Shown here one piece after another: positions 1 through 12,688 of a stretch of 64,000 nt of DNA. Within the stretch, counting starts at the first letter, position 1; each line of letters begins with the position of its first letter. Made by a program: the position numbers and the translations under genes. The stretch lies in NCBI GenBank assembly GCA_036172245.1, contig JAYWIR010000052.1:62001-126000 (forward strand), written 5' to 3'. Under the pieces are notes generated by a model, which was not told where the DNA came from, did no database searches, and worked only from the letters and a program-made list of their open reading frames with translations. The stretch is from Raillietiella orientalis (Eukaryota).

Positions 1-17
1 TCAAATATAAAAAAGAC
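1..17 (-). CDS. SLC12A8: SLC12A8-like exon start (SFLYL), continues beyond the window
   Basis: ttttctctag acceptor at 19-18; the phase-2 join gives AVGSFLYL, as expected for this family. Confidence 0.65.
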
Positions 18-57
18 CTAGAGAAAACATTACTCTCTTGCTTTTTATGCAAATTAC

Positions 58-259
58 CCGACAGCTGTGGCACACAATGTTCCAGCAGGAATATCTTCTG
101 AAGGGTTGCGTAAATCCCCAGACATATTAATCCCAGCCATGATTCCTGTCAGAGTCGGGAAGAACAAACCAAAGACGGTGAACCAATTATTGCCTTCAGT
201 AAAGGCTGTAAAAGTATTATTCCAAAAGACCTCTGCATTCCATCCTTCAAAACCATGTT
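58..259 (-). CDS. SLC12A8: SLC12A8-like exon (EHGFEGW...[33 protein letters not shown]...)
   Basis: FFP..TGIMAGxNMSGDLxNP..IPxGTL SLC12 signature; ctcag acceptor, GTAATT donor. Confidence 0.92.
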
Positions 260-310
260 CTGAGGAGATATATGAGATAATTTGATAATACTTCACATCT
301 GTTATCATAC

Positions 311-542
311 CAACATCAGATTTGACAAAGCTTCCAACTAGAAAGTCCAGAGATGCTAGCAGCAGAACCAAAAGGAGTGCAAACTGCAACTTGACAACCC
401 ATTTCACGCCTGCAAGGTTTATTGCTGCCAAAAGGATCATGACACCAGTGGCAATCGCTTTTTCCATCAATGGATTATCAAATTCGATTAACTGAGCTAT
501 AGATTCAGCAAATCCTGTAACACATAAGGCACAACCCACAGC
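311..542 (-). CDS. SLC12A8: SLC12A8-like exon ([15 protein letters not shown]...[13 protein letters not shown]...SDV)
   Basis: SLC12 transmembrane motifs in ORF 54..539; ttctag acceptor, GTATGA donor. Confidence 0.9.
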
Positions 543-627
543 CTAGAAATGAGATCCAATAAGTAAAAAACAAGGAAACATTAATGCCAATTCTTTGACA
601 TCGATTCTGTTAGTATTATCTGCATAC

Positions 628-773
628 CTGTCCAAAACAATAAATAAGTCCAACAGCACCTCCCATCTGAGATCCCAGGACATGGCTCAATAAAAAGTAC
701 ACACCTCCAGATTCAACCTGACATCGTTCACAAATTCCAATAGCAGATAATACAGGTGTCAGCACAATTGTAA
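628..773 (-). CDS. SLC12A8: SLC12A8-like exon (VTIVLTPVLSAIGICERCQVESGGVYFLLSHVLGSQMGGAVGLIYCFGQ)
   Basis: Manual translation gives the SLC12 GGxYFLLSxxLG motif; ttttag acceptor, GTATGC donor. Confidence 0.92.
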
Positions 774-1541
774 CTAAAACATGTACTCTCAGAATATTCC
801 GAAACGTACAAAGGAATCAATTACGAGAAAAAAAAAAAAAAAATCAAAACACAGATATACTCTTATGTGCCTGACTAAACCAAGGTGTCATGCATGCCAA
901 AAACACGTAAACATTAGCTTATGGTAGAAAATTACACTTTAGTATATAATTAATCCAAATGACTGCATACTCAATTATTATATTCAACTTCACAACATAA
1001 CATGCTTGCAACTACAAAGAAAGGTAAAAAAGCGACTCAAGTTTGTAGATTTGCCTAACCAAATTTGCTTGGATTTTCAGCTGAAAAAGGTTTCTGATGC
1101 CATAGCAATAATGCTTGATCAATGTGTACATAACCTGACTAAAAATGACAAAATCATCTTCAGCTGACTATCAATACCTTAAAAAAGTTCTATTGCTTAC
1201 TTTTACAATTAATCAAGTTTTAATTATCAACTTCCACCTACAAACATGGATGTTTTTCAAACCGTAGTAATCAGCATTATATCAACAAGCACACAAAAAG
1301 CAACAGCTACAGACAGCGACTTGAAGCACTGCTCGATAAAATTTGGCTATCTAGAATCCATTCTGATAGTTTGGCAAGAATACAATGACAAACGGAAACT
1401 AATTTTCCTTCCATGTCGGCCGGCCCACCTATTTGTATTGTAATCAAATTCTTAACAGTATGACTTTTTGATACGTTTAACAGATGCCACATCTTACATA
1501 AAATAGTTCAAAGAAGAAGTACATTGCTGCACATAACATAC

Positions 1542-1722
1542 CTGCTACGAAGACTATTAAAACTGCACTTCCAATCCCTGCTTGGGCAACTATCCAGCCA
1601 CTTCTCAAAAATACAATGACTCCAAGTATGTTGATTAAACATGATGTGAAGACACCGTCCCACGTTCCAAACAACACCGGTTCAGAAATAAAGAACTGTG
1701 CCTTCCACCACGGCTTCTCTTG
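1542..1722 (-). CDS. SLC12A8: SLC12A8-like exon ([49 protein letters not shown]...)
   Basis: [21 protein letters not shown] is characteristic of SLC12A8/CCC9; tttcag acceptor and GTATGT donor; phases consistent. Confidence 0.93.
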
Positions 1723-1832
1723 CTGAAACAAGAGGTCACCATAAACACAGTATCCTGAACGCCCTTAAGGTTATGCACATACCTCCTTACTGCTTGAAAA
1801 AAAAAAAAAAAAGAATTACGTTAATTTCCTAC

Positions 1833-2021
1833 TTTTTCGCTCGAAAACAGCTCATCCTCCAGCCCAGCTGCATCGCCATATGTATCATTCATGCAAGTGT
1901 TGTTGTCATTGCCATCTGCACATTGATTCATTGATAATTCATATTTGCTGAAGTTCAGTAACCTGCTCGCACCTGACGCCGTACGACCCTCCGGTCCACC
2001 GTGCAGGGGCGCACCTTCCAT
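1833..2021 (-). CDS. SLC12A8: SLC12A8-like cation-chloride cotransporter, probable first coding exon (MEGAPLHGG...ELFSSEK)
   Basis: ATG at 2021-2019, 63 codons, GT donor at 1832-1831, joins the next exon in phase 0. The N-terminus is poorly conserved, so the start codon is uncertain. Confidence 0.6.
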
Positions 2022-5000
2022 TCCAATTATGAAGTCATGTGTGCCAACGATGACGAAAAATGCAAACAGGGGTGACGGAGATCCGTGTTTGCCTTCGAGA
2101 AAACAGTCATCATTACACGAAATTAGCACAGAATCACGTGTCCCTCCCAGTGTGGTTACACGGATATTACTTGGGAAGCGTTCAAGTATTCCCGAGAACG
2201 CTGAAAAACTTTGAAGGCCGCGGTGTAAGCAAAGGAAAGAAAGGGGAAGAAGATGCAATCCCTCAAGATCGAAAAATTGGATGACCTATGAATATTTTGA
2301 AACATTCGTTCCTTGTGTGTGTGTGTGTGTGTGTGTGTCTGTTTGATTCCCTGACATTCCAGTTTTCGTAATGAAAATTCCATCTCTGCCTCTGAATGAA
2401 CTACGTTTATGCACCTTGAGATGCGCGTTCTACTTTCTCTCTTGTGAAGTGAATTGGATCGGAAATTTTCCGTTCATTTGTTTACATCAAACATGATTAG
2501 ATGTGAGTAAACACATGAACAGGTGCATGTATCCTTATGATCCCAACAGTTTAAAACGGGATTTTTTCCAGCCGATATGTTTATGGAACTTCAATTTCCT
2601 AATGAATTCAAATGAAATTCTCTCTTCTACTCTTCATTCGAAAACTATCCCTAGTGTTTCCACGTTCATGCAGCTGTTGCATTAAGAAAAATAAATTACA
2701 ACTAAATCTGTTACTGATCTATTACTGTCATCTATTACTGATAGCCTAATAGACGAAGCACAGTTTGTCCGCTCAATTCTTTATCTAAGAGAACACTGTG
2801 CACGGCTCAGCAAACGAATCGCTAAACTGTAATGTTTCGTTTTTATGTCTCTACGCAAAGGGATCATTGATCATTAATCACTCTTCCAGTGATTTTCATA
2901 TTTCTGTTCGATTCGGCTTAAAATGACATCGATTAGCTGCAATGCAGTGATAGTAGTTTCTTCCCTATAATAAGCTATCGAGATTCTTTTCACCTAGTCT
3001 TGGGTTATAATTAATGATCAGTGAAATAAATTCCGAGTTGTTAATTTGTTTGCTGAATACAAAAACTTCAGCTTCTGCTCAACGATTTTGCACGAAGAAG
3101 AAGAATACGGAGCAGGCGACACTGCATAGATGTGTTCTTTAATATGGTGACGACATCGCATTGATGACACAGTGTGCTGATTCAAAAAATGCAGTCAACT
3201 TGTTCGGATTCATTTTATGTTTTTCCCTTAATGTAGATCATAATCCGAAAGGAGTATAAGTAATGTGACTCGTTCTCGTTTACAGCTTTCAGGTTTACTT
3301 CCCCTTTTTGCTAAATCAGAAGGGTGCTATGCTTGGGATTGAAAGTTGGATAGTTTAAGATAGTTTTCCCATTTTCAAATTTATGAACTACTAAAGTTTT
3401 CAAAGTCAGTTTTTTTTTTGGTTTTTAGTTTTAAAAATGCATGTTACAATCCTTATTTTTGCGAAGCAAGACTTGCTGAAATTCTTGGTTCGTTGTTTAG
3501 TGCTATGTGCAGTTTCCTCCCCCGTTCAAACAAATCTTCACACTGCTTGTCTCATAATATGTGTGTGTATATATATATATAATAAGAAAATAAGAAATAA
3601 GAAATACGATATATATATATATATATATATCCTACGTATTTCTTATTATGCTAAGTATTTACAAACAAACGGTGGATAATAACATCCAACCGAACATCTC
3701 ATACGCAATGCACAGCATCCACTCGAAAAAGATTATTGCTTCTCATGATGCCATAGGATCAACTTACGCTCAGTCCTAGAAATCTATTCATTACTTGAAA
3801 AATATCAAATACCTCTTCGTCTATACTCGATATCCTTCGGGATTACTCTCACCTATTTTGTTTTCCTTGCAATAACAAATTTTTAGTGCACCTTTTTTTT
3901 TTTCTCGTGATCTGTCTGTGAAATATCCTCTTTTCCCCCCCCCCCCTTCCCCCCAAAGGCTGCGGTAAATAAAACCGTAAAACATACTACGATCGGAAGA
4001 GTGAACCAAACATGGAAAAAGTAACCTTGATCAGTCGGATGGGTTTTTTGTTGTTGTTTTTTCCATGTTTTCTCCACTTTCATGCTCGATCTGTACACCA
4101 ACAACCCGTTCGTTCCGTTCTTGGTACCCCTGACATTCTCGGCCATTTACCATCGTTGGTTTCGCTGAACATAAATTCATACTTTTACGGAATCCATTGA
4201 TCAGGAATGTGCTTTTCTCAAGGCACTTCCAAAAGCCTTTTCCCCTTTTGTGTGTGCCACATGGGCTTGGGTTCCGTAACCACGACATCATTTTTTCACT
4301 TTAATCAGCGAATTCCCGAGCGTGGTGGCAGAACCGCGTTCCTCCAGGTGCATCGGCGGTGCGGGAATCCACCCTCGGTATCCTGGAGAGGGAGGGACTT
4401 TGCTTTTAGCTAAGAAGGAAATGGGCGTCTCAACATTCAGGCTTGAGATTCGGCATGGATACAACGTTTTGTGGCTCACGATCTTCATACATTGTAGAAT
4501 TTTGTAGGTGCCCTCGCCTTGAAGTATTCAAAACAAAAAATCACTCAAAACGAGCTGGTTCAGTTCTGCAAATGAGTTCTCCATCAGCGGTGACAGTGCA
4601 AAAATTAAGGAACATCGAATCGAAAAGAAATACAAGATAGCTCCGGTCTTCGTGTTCAGATTTTTTTTTGTTCTTTTTGAAAAAAAAAAAAAAGAACACA
4701 TCAACATGCAATTACATCTTGTTCCTTTTGAAGATGGTTCGTTCGAAAAGCATACAGGTAAACAGACGGCAGCTTGTAAGCAAAAACAGGTCGGTGCAGG
4801 AACCTCGACGTAAGGTGATGACGACGTCTTGGTCCAGCCGCGGAGACCGAGTCCCAGCAACCCAAGCTGCAAGGAAATCTTCGGTAACATCGCCCACGTA
4901 TCTTTTTTGCTTGCAGATTGTTCACAATCTGCAAGCAAAAAAGTTTGGAACAATTTTGTTCGGAACAATCGCTCCGAGAATCTCTGATTACTCCAGAAGG

Positions 5001-5742
5001 ATAATCTCTTCAGCTGTCGGACTCCGTATATGGTGGCTGTACAAAAAAGCACAACAAAAGAGGTGTGCTCAGGCATTCAGAAAATTTTGCAAGCTTAAAT
5101 GTGTTTTGGAGAGAACCCAACTTTTACTTTGGATTCGCAGATGATTGCGATAGGAAAGTTTTTTGGTTTGGGGTCTTTTTCTGAAAGGCTGACGAAAAAT
5201 CCGGGACTTTGCGATCCTCATGGAAACTAAAATAAAATGAGAACGGTGTGTAAACGAATGCGCTCGGAGGGGGGGGGGGGGATCCGAAACCTTCGAACCT
5301 TCGCTTCCACGGATGCCCGCAATCTCAAGGCAAAAGGAAAGCGGACTCTTTTATCATGTTCAGATAAGCCAACTGGGAATTTCTGACAAAATGCTCTCTT
5401 TCGTTTGAAGCATCACCTCCTATCATTTATCTTGGTTGGTAGCCCTGCAGTATCTTCACGCTGCCAGCGGCATCCTGGAACGAAAGATACGTCTTTCTTT
5501 CTAACGATTCGACAGTGAACTCTTGGAAATGCAATCAAAACACTTTGGGGGACACTTTCGTCATCCAAAGTGATCATCCGCCTTGTTTCCAGGCTTACTT
5601 TTATGCCGCTGCGCGATGAAACTGTTGGAATCATTACTCGATTGTGCGATTGCGTTAATCAAGCGCGCCTCCCCATTATGACCTCAATTGGCACTTGAGC
5701 CGAGCACGCAAAAAGCCGACAGGCACCACAAAGTCTTAAGAG

Positions 5743-6044
5743 GCTGCTGCTGCTGCTGCTGCTGCCGGCCGCCGGAAAGCGCTGCTCCCCCGCGGCCTCC
5801 CACCCTCGCGGCCTGCCCACTTGTTAAGCGCAGCACCCATTCGTGCGTTTCCGCCACTTTGGGTCCCTCTTCAGGATGTGGGTCTCGCGCGTTAGGGTTT
5901 CCCGGTGACGTTCGGCGGCCTCGCTGGGCTCCGTGCGACCCGTCGAAGAACACGGAGCTGACTTTCCCCCCCTCCCCCCCACTTTCGCGTGTCACGAGGG
6001 CACGCGCTTCGCGGACGGAGCAGCAGCAGCAGCAGCAGCAGCAG
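5743..6044. repeat. (CTG)n tract at 5743-5765 and (CAG)8 tract at 6021-6044
   Basis: Directly visible trinucleotide runs in opposite orientation. Confidence 0.9.
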
Positions 6045-7309
6045 AAAAACAAAAAGGAAAAGATCAATGAAATGAAAGTGAATTTCGGGAGGCAAAGCGC
6101 TGGGGGGGTTGCTTGCTGGCTTCGGACGGAACCAGCTCCGGATGCTGCAGGACTCTGCGAGCAGAATCCAGATGCTCCCTGGCACTCTCTCTACGCGTGG
6201 AATTTTGCGGGAACGGCTTTTCTGGGAGGAGAAATCTCCTCGTATTATGCGATTTTTCATCCTTCCTTATGGGGGCCTCGGTAATTTGTAGGGCTGTCAG
6301 CAGGTTACGGATGACGTCACTCGGAGAGAATGCCCGACGAAATACGCCATTGCAATTTACGTTTTCTTCCCGTGGAATGCAAAAGGCTGCATTGATAGGA
6401 TAGCCTTGGTAAAGTTTTCGCACGAAAATTCTCCGATGTATGTTATCAAGGATAATAAAAAAAAGCAACAACATAGGAGCATCGAGGATAACTTGAAGTA
6501 AGCAATGAAACTCTCTTTCGGTTTAATCAGCTCGACGCCTTAAACTCGTCTATAAAAGTTGCAAAGCTAATAGAACGAAACGTGGACATGAAACAGTGAG
6601 TTGTGGCAAATTGTCTCGAGAATCTCCTTTTCAGCATAGAGGGTTAGCCGAGATCCTTCGGGAACTCGGCGCCACTCCTGCGCCAGTCCTTCCCCCCTCC
6701 CGTTACTGGTTTGGTTATGTCGCGAAAACACGTGCCGTTTTTCATGAAGCGGACCTTACCCAGAAAAGAGGGTGGCCAAAATCCGCTTGTCCTCTTCAAT
6801 ATCCTTTTCATCCGTTTTGGGTATTTGTCTGGTGAGTTTCGTGGGGACTCCCGTTCTTCTAGAGCACGCTTTGATCCCTATTTACATTTCCGAGTATCGT
6901 GCCATGTATCCCCTTTTTTGCTGTTGTTTCCCTGCTCGGCAGATTCAAGGCACTGGTCGCGAACAATTTCTCGACTCAACGCCGGGAAGACGTCGAAGCT
7001 TCTCGCTGCTCCTTCGCCGCAGCGTCGACTTGCAAATCGCTTTGCAGGCACTCCTTCGGCGCCCGGAACTTCTTCGCAGCAACAGGGACGCCCGGCGTTC
7101 CTCACCTCCCGGGGACAACTTTGCGAAGAGAATCCAGCCGAAAGATCTCCGACGCTGCATCCCGCGTGCGTTTCAGGGTTGCCACCCGACGTCGGGTCTT
7201 CCGCGACGTGGCCGAGCGGCGCCGGACGAAGCGCTCCTCAGGGAGGAGCGCTTCGTCCCAGGGTCGTCGCCTGTCGACCGCAACCGCGCTGCCTCCGGAG
7301 CGAGCGTGT

Positions 7310-7550
7310 CACTTTGGGGCGGAACTCCGAGTTCCCCCCATATCTCGAGTTTCCCGTACCTCGCCCTCGCGAAGACCGCGGCAACGACGACGGAGATACC
7401 GGATATTTGCTCTCTGAGCACGCCCATAGGAAGCGCGCGGATCGTTTCAGTAGAGAGCGGAACATTCCACAACGGAGTTGCTGGCCTTGCCGCGATAGAG
7501 CGAGCAGCCCTGCCGTGGAAACCCCAAGAGCTGTATCGTTTGCAACGGGA
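7310..7550 (+). mobile_element. Possible degenerate hAT transposase C-terminal (dimerisation domain) remnant
   Basis: Across frames: FPYLALAK...LSTPIGSA..VE..F...RDRASSPAVETPRAVSF resembles the hATC consensus; frameshifted. Confidence 0.3.
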
Positions 7551-10500
7551 GATCGTGCCAGGAGCAAGCGAGGAAACTGATACACACACACACACTTTAT
7601 CGCAGACGCTGAGGCCAATGATTCACCAAGGGCCCGACACTTGCGAAAAACCACAGGATTCGCAGGACCGCCTCTATTCGAGACACATGGCAACGGATGA
7701 AGGAAAAGAGGAGGAGGAGAAAAAATCGAAAGCAATCCATATATCTTTGAGATAACTTCCAATCACCCGCACTTATCTAGGAAACCGACTGCCTGTTGGC
7801 ACGGGCGTGAGTCTCCGACCAACCTTCAAAGGCTCGCCATTTTCTCGAGAGGCGAGGAGGCGCGTCCGCCCGTCCTCGCGCGGTTCGAGCGCGGGCGCTT
7901 TTGCCGCCCGGCCCGTGCACGACAGCCAGAAAGTGAAAGGTCACGTCACTCGAACAGCTTGCCGCCTCGTGTACAGCAGCCAAGGAAGAGTAGCACACAA
8001 CCTGCGTTTCCGTTCCTTCGGGGGGCATCTTAAGGAGGTGGTCGTCGCGTCGGGCGCAGAATTTGTTCCTGGCAACGAAGAATGGACCGGCAGCCTGAAT
8101 CATCGTCATCCATCATTGCTGGCGGTTCAGAGCAAAAAGCGCGTGGCTCGCTGCATGCGTTCCGTTCGCGAACAAGCAGCAGCGCGGGGCAGGCAGCTGG
8201 AAGTCGGGGGCGAAGGAGACGTGGGCGAGTGGGGGTCACCCCTATGCGTTCGCGTCTCAGCGGGGACGTCGCCACCGCGAATCTTCAGCTTGCGGAGGCG
8301 GCGAGGAACCGTTGGAGCGCAGCACCCCGAAATGCCGAGAGGTGGCGAGATGGAAAGGAATGCGCATCCCTCGAAATCAACGCTCCCACAGCAAGAATTC
8401 TTCGGACGAATCCACGGCTGACGGACAGTTCCAAGTTGCGGATTTATATTTCTTTTCCTCTAAAAGAAAAAAAGTCCCGTCAAGAGGCTTTGATTTATCA
8501 CACGTCCACCTGACCAAGGGACAGAGTTTTGACGCGGCGTCGCCTAACATCTCCACGGAATCCTTGACGACTTTCGCTCCCCGACTCCCGCCGGACGTCG
8601 GCGTTTCAAACCATCGGCATCCCTGGAGAACGGGGGGTGGGGGTGACCAACCCTCCGTCCTTTTTAGAGCCCTTGCACCCTTCCGCCCCCTTCCTTTTCG
8701 TTGGCACGGAATTCTCTGCTCGGCATCGAAAAGTCACCGGCGCATCCCAAATTCAGGTTACCTGCAACTGTCGTAGAAACGTGCCTGAAATTGCTGCTGC
8801 TGCTGCTGCTGCTGGGCGGAGGAGGGCGTGGAGATTCATTCCGAGTTCAACGAGAAAAATTCAGCTGGGCGCACCACAAACTTCGAACCTCTCGATCTTT
8901 TCTCGACAGTGGCGGCGTGGCGCAGAGAGGAGCCAACTCGCGGCTGTCGAGGGTTTGGAAAAGAGAACCGTTCCTCCTCTTCGGGCGTGGGCGAAACCGC
9001 AAAGCCGAAGAAAGGTTCCATCTTCCTCCTGGGCTCTTTCGGAAACCACCTCTGCTGGCCGGAAGGATTCCCGTAATTACTTTTATTCGGAAATTGCTTT
9101 CGACCTGATAAGCTGGAGGAGTGCTGCAGCAGCCCGGCGCCAAGGATGCACCATCCGCTCCTCGGCGTCGTCAAGGCGAAACGTCAGGAGGGGGAAGGCT
9201 TCGTTTCATCTTCGCTGTGAAGAATACATTACAGTTGCATCACTACGGTCAGCATGACATTCTGAAAAGGTGCACACAAAAGGGAATTGGAAAACACCGC
9301 ATAACCCGCATGCATATCTAAGAAACGAACGCGAGGCTTTTTTAATAGGTGTATCCAGGCAACGCACATTTCGACAGCGTCTTTCTTTACTCAGCCAACA
9401 CTGAGCAAATGATGAAACGCGCGCGATTCAGAAAAATAAATTGCTGGACGCACACGATTTAGAAATGGAAATGATTTTGTTTTTTTTGTTTTTCTTTTTT
9501 TTTTTTAAAAAAAAAAAAAAAGGGTTATAGCTCACGTGAAATTATGAATAAATTTGGAATAAAGTTCGGAGTGTTTAGCTCTAAGGACACGGATGAAGTC
9601 ACGAAATGCATTCAAGACTGGCACATGCCCATACGAAGTGCCAAAGCAGAACAAAACTTCGGTTTCCTATCGGTTTTCGTGTTTTCTGGAAATTCACACG
9701 CGCACACACACATACACACACACATACAGACAGATGTATATATATATATATATATATATGTATATAGCGCGTTGGAAAAACCGCGCAACAATGCAACTTG
9801 TGTGTTGCATGTGGAGGTGAAAAGCGTATCGCGATAACCTCTGCGTGTGTTTAATGGTAGGCCTGCTGTGGCGATTGCCAAGCTCTTCATTCAAATAAGG
9901 TTTTAAATATTCATGCGAAAGCTTAAACAGATTCATTCACAAAATATAAACATATTCTTCACGGAATTTATTCCTGCTTTCGGAAATACCGATGGAAAAT
10001 TTCCATAAACACGAACAAGTACCAGCAATTCAGAATCTTTCTTGCCGTTTTGCATTCAATTGGTTTTCCGCCTTTTGAAGCTACTTTATTTCTACAAGGA
10101 TTTCTGCTTGTATTTCCAGTTGTACTGATTTGAAATACACCTCCTTTTTGTGTGTGTGTGTGTGTAGAACTCAGCTTTTTCCGAAAGCAGCATTTCTTTC
10201 AGATGGCCCACGCGTTGTAAAGTGCACCGTAAATATCTCTCATTTCGTAAATATTGTATTTTGTGCATGGGAATAGTTGTGCTTATATCCCTTTCCTCGT
10301 GTTGTTTATAGAGAAAAAATCTCTACATTTCCCGTTTCCGAGAACGAATGAAAAATGCCTCAGTCCACGGCCAGACAAACAGATGAAAGCTCCTGGATCT
10401 GAAATTTATCGGGAGTTTTTACCACAAGAAAAATAAAAGGATTCAATAAAAGTGCGGAACGTTCTCCTGCGCTTTTTTGCAGCTCACAACAGGAAACAGG

Positions 10501-12652
10501 GAGAGGGCAGGCTCCCCGAAAGAAAAGGAAAATTCCTGGAAGGCTGATAACCGGGACGGTTCTCGAGCACCGAAAACAAGAAGCAGAGGAATCCAAGTTG
10601 TCGATGAGGAACGTCCTCTTTTACGTTTCGGGGGAAGATGGAATCTGCATGGGCAGCGTGGCGCCGACTTGCGTGACTAAACTGACGGAAAAGGAGCGCG
10701 CGTGATTTCAATCTTCACATCCCGCAACAGGCAGAAACCATGGCGGTCATCCAATAAATAATTCCTGAGGTTGCGTTAGGCTACGGAGTCAGGCGCTCCC
10801 CTCGCACGGTCAGCGAGATCCCCCTCGGGAGGAGGAACCTGGTCGCAACCCAAGCAGGAATCTCTTCGCGGCGGCGCCACGAGGCTCCACGAGCAGCAGC
10901 ACTTCCCTCGCAACCTGCAGGCTGCGCTGTTTTTATTCTTCGTCCACACGTGTCTCCCCCCCCCCCCACTTTTCCTTGCTTTCATGGTCACGAAATTCCT
11001 CTCTGACCAGCGTATTCTCTTTGGGGATCTTTCTCGAAGTGTTCACTGAGAATAGCCAGCCGGCCAAAGAGAACTTTGAGAAAAAAAAAAGGAAAAAAAA
11101 AAAAAAAAAGGCGAGACCTAAGAAGCTCTGGCCTACTCTGCGAAAGGGAAGCACTTGCCCCCCACCGCCTATCGGAGGGGGGACCCAGTCGATCTCCTCA
11201 GAAGAAGCCAAAATCTCGAATTCTTTCTTCGCATTATCACGGATGTTCCACGTCTTTCACTCTGCGATGGGGAAGCGGTTCGGTTCACTGCGAGCTCCTT
11301 CACTCTCGCGGCCTCTCTGGTCCAGATCAACCTTCCTTTTTGCGCGTGCGTTTCGTTTTCCTACGGGACACTTCTCGCTTTCCCTCGAGCGTGTTCTCGA
11401 GCAGAGTCTCGAAAAAATATATGCCCACCGTCGCTCTCGGAAGGACGCACGGGATCGCGAATCGTGGCCATCCGTCCGGGGTGATGGATGCTGCGGCCGT
11501 ACCGCCGCAACCGTGCAACCAGTTTCCCTTTCTGTGGAAATTTCGGAGCGAGTTTGGAAAGCGTCCCTCTGCCGCCACGATCATCCCGAAAACCGTTTCC
11601 TCCTCCTTCTTGCACGTGGACCTGAATGCTAACGTGCGTTCATTCCGAATCGGGCGGCTCAAGGATGCTTTGGGAGCTGGGGCAACCATCTTGCAGCTCA
11701 AAGGCAATCAACAGAAGCACCTACCACAAATGGTTGAATGGCCATGAGTTCTCGTAGGGTGATGATAAAGAAGCTTTCGTTCTCCGTCCTCCGACTTCAA
11801 ACCATTGGGAACGATCGATTAATAGCGCGCAGTAATTACTTCGCTGCTTCAGTTGGTTGACTGCATTTAAAAAAAAAAAAAAAAAAAGAAAAAGACGGGG
11901 GAGGCGGAGGGAAGACACAAAAGAAAAGAAAGGAAGTTTGAAAACACACAAAGATAGTTCTTGCTTAGCGACTTCCACCTGTCTTCGAGTCCTGTTTATT
12001 AGCGGCAGCCAAAGATATTTGCAATTTAAATTGGAAAATTGGCAGGTTGCTTTTGGTCTGGGCGTATGCGCGCGGGTGCGACCACATCCATAATGAGATG
12101 AGGCTACTCTTGTGCTTTGCGTATCCCTTTGGTTGTGTACCATCCGAGTACACGGGCTGACGGCGGGGCATGGAGATAAATGGCAGCACAAAACCCGTGA
12201 GCCATGTAAATAAAAATCCATCAACGTGTCACGTTAGGGAAACATGTACATCATCATCATCTCCGATTTCGGTCAACGCATATGAGCACGCACGCCCCTG
12301 CGTTCTGCGGCTGCGAGTGTACGGTAGAATCCCCCCCCCCCCGCATGGCGCGCGGATTCGTATTTCTCGATGCAAAAAAAAAGAAAAAAGATGGTGGCAA
12401 CCCTTTGTTATATGGCGGTAAATCAGCCGCGTGCGACACGCTACGTGTAGGCTTTGATTTTGCGGCGTGGTGTCAGCTCGGCCGCTTTCAACCAGAACAC
12501 GAACACGGGATCCAAGTAGGTTGGCTTTCTGTTCCATTCCGACTTTCTTCAGGGAAATGGAGCAAGTGGCTGCTGCATCTTTGAACAAAGAGCTGAAAAC
12601 TGCGGCAACTCGTTGCGATTCGTTAGCCATATCGGCAAAGCTCTCTCTCTCT

Positions 12653-12688
<36 letters not shown>

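Noticed and set aside
2022..2258. Longer N-terminal extension of SLC12A8 from ORF 1821..2258
   Set aside because: It begins at a non-ATG codon; the first in-frame ATG is at 2021, so this is more likely 5' UTR or intron.
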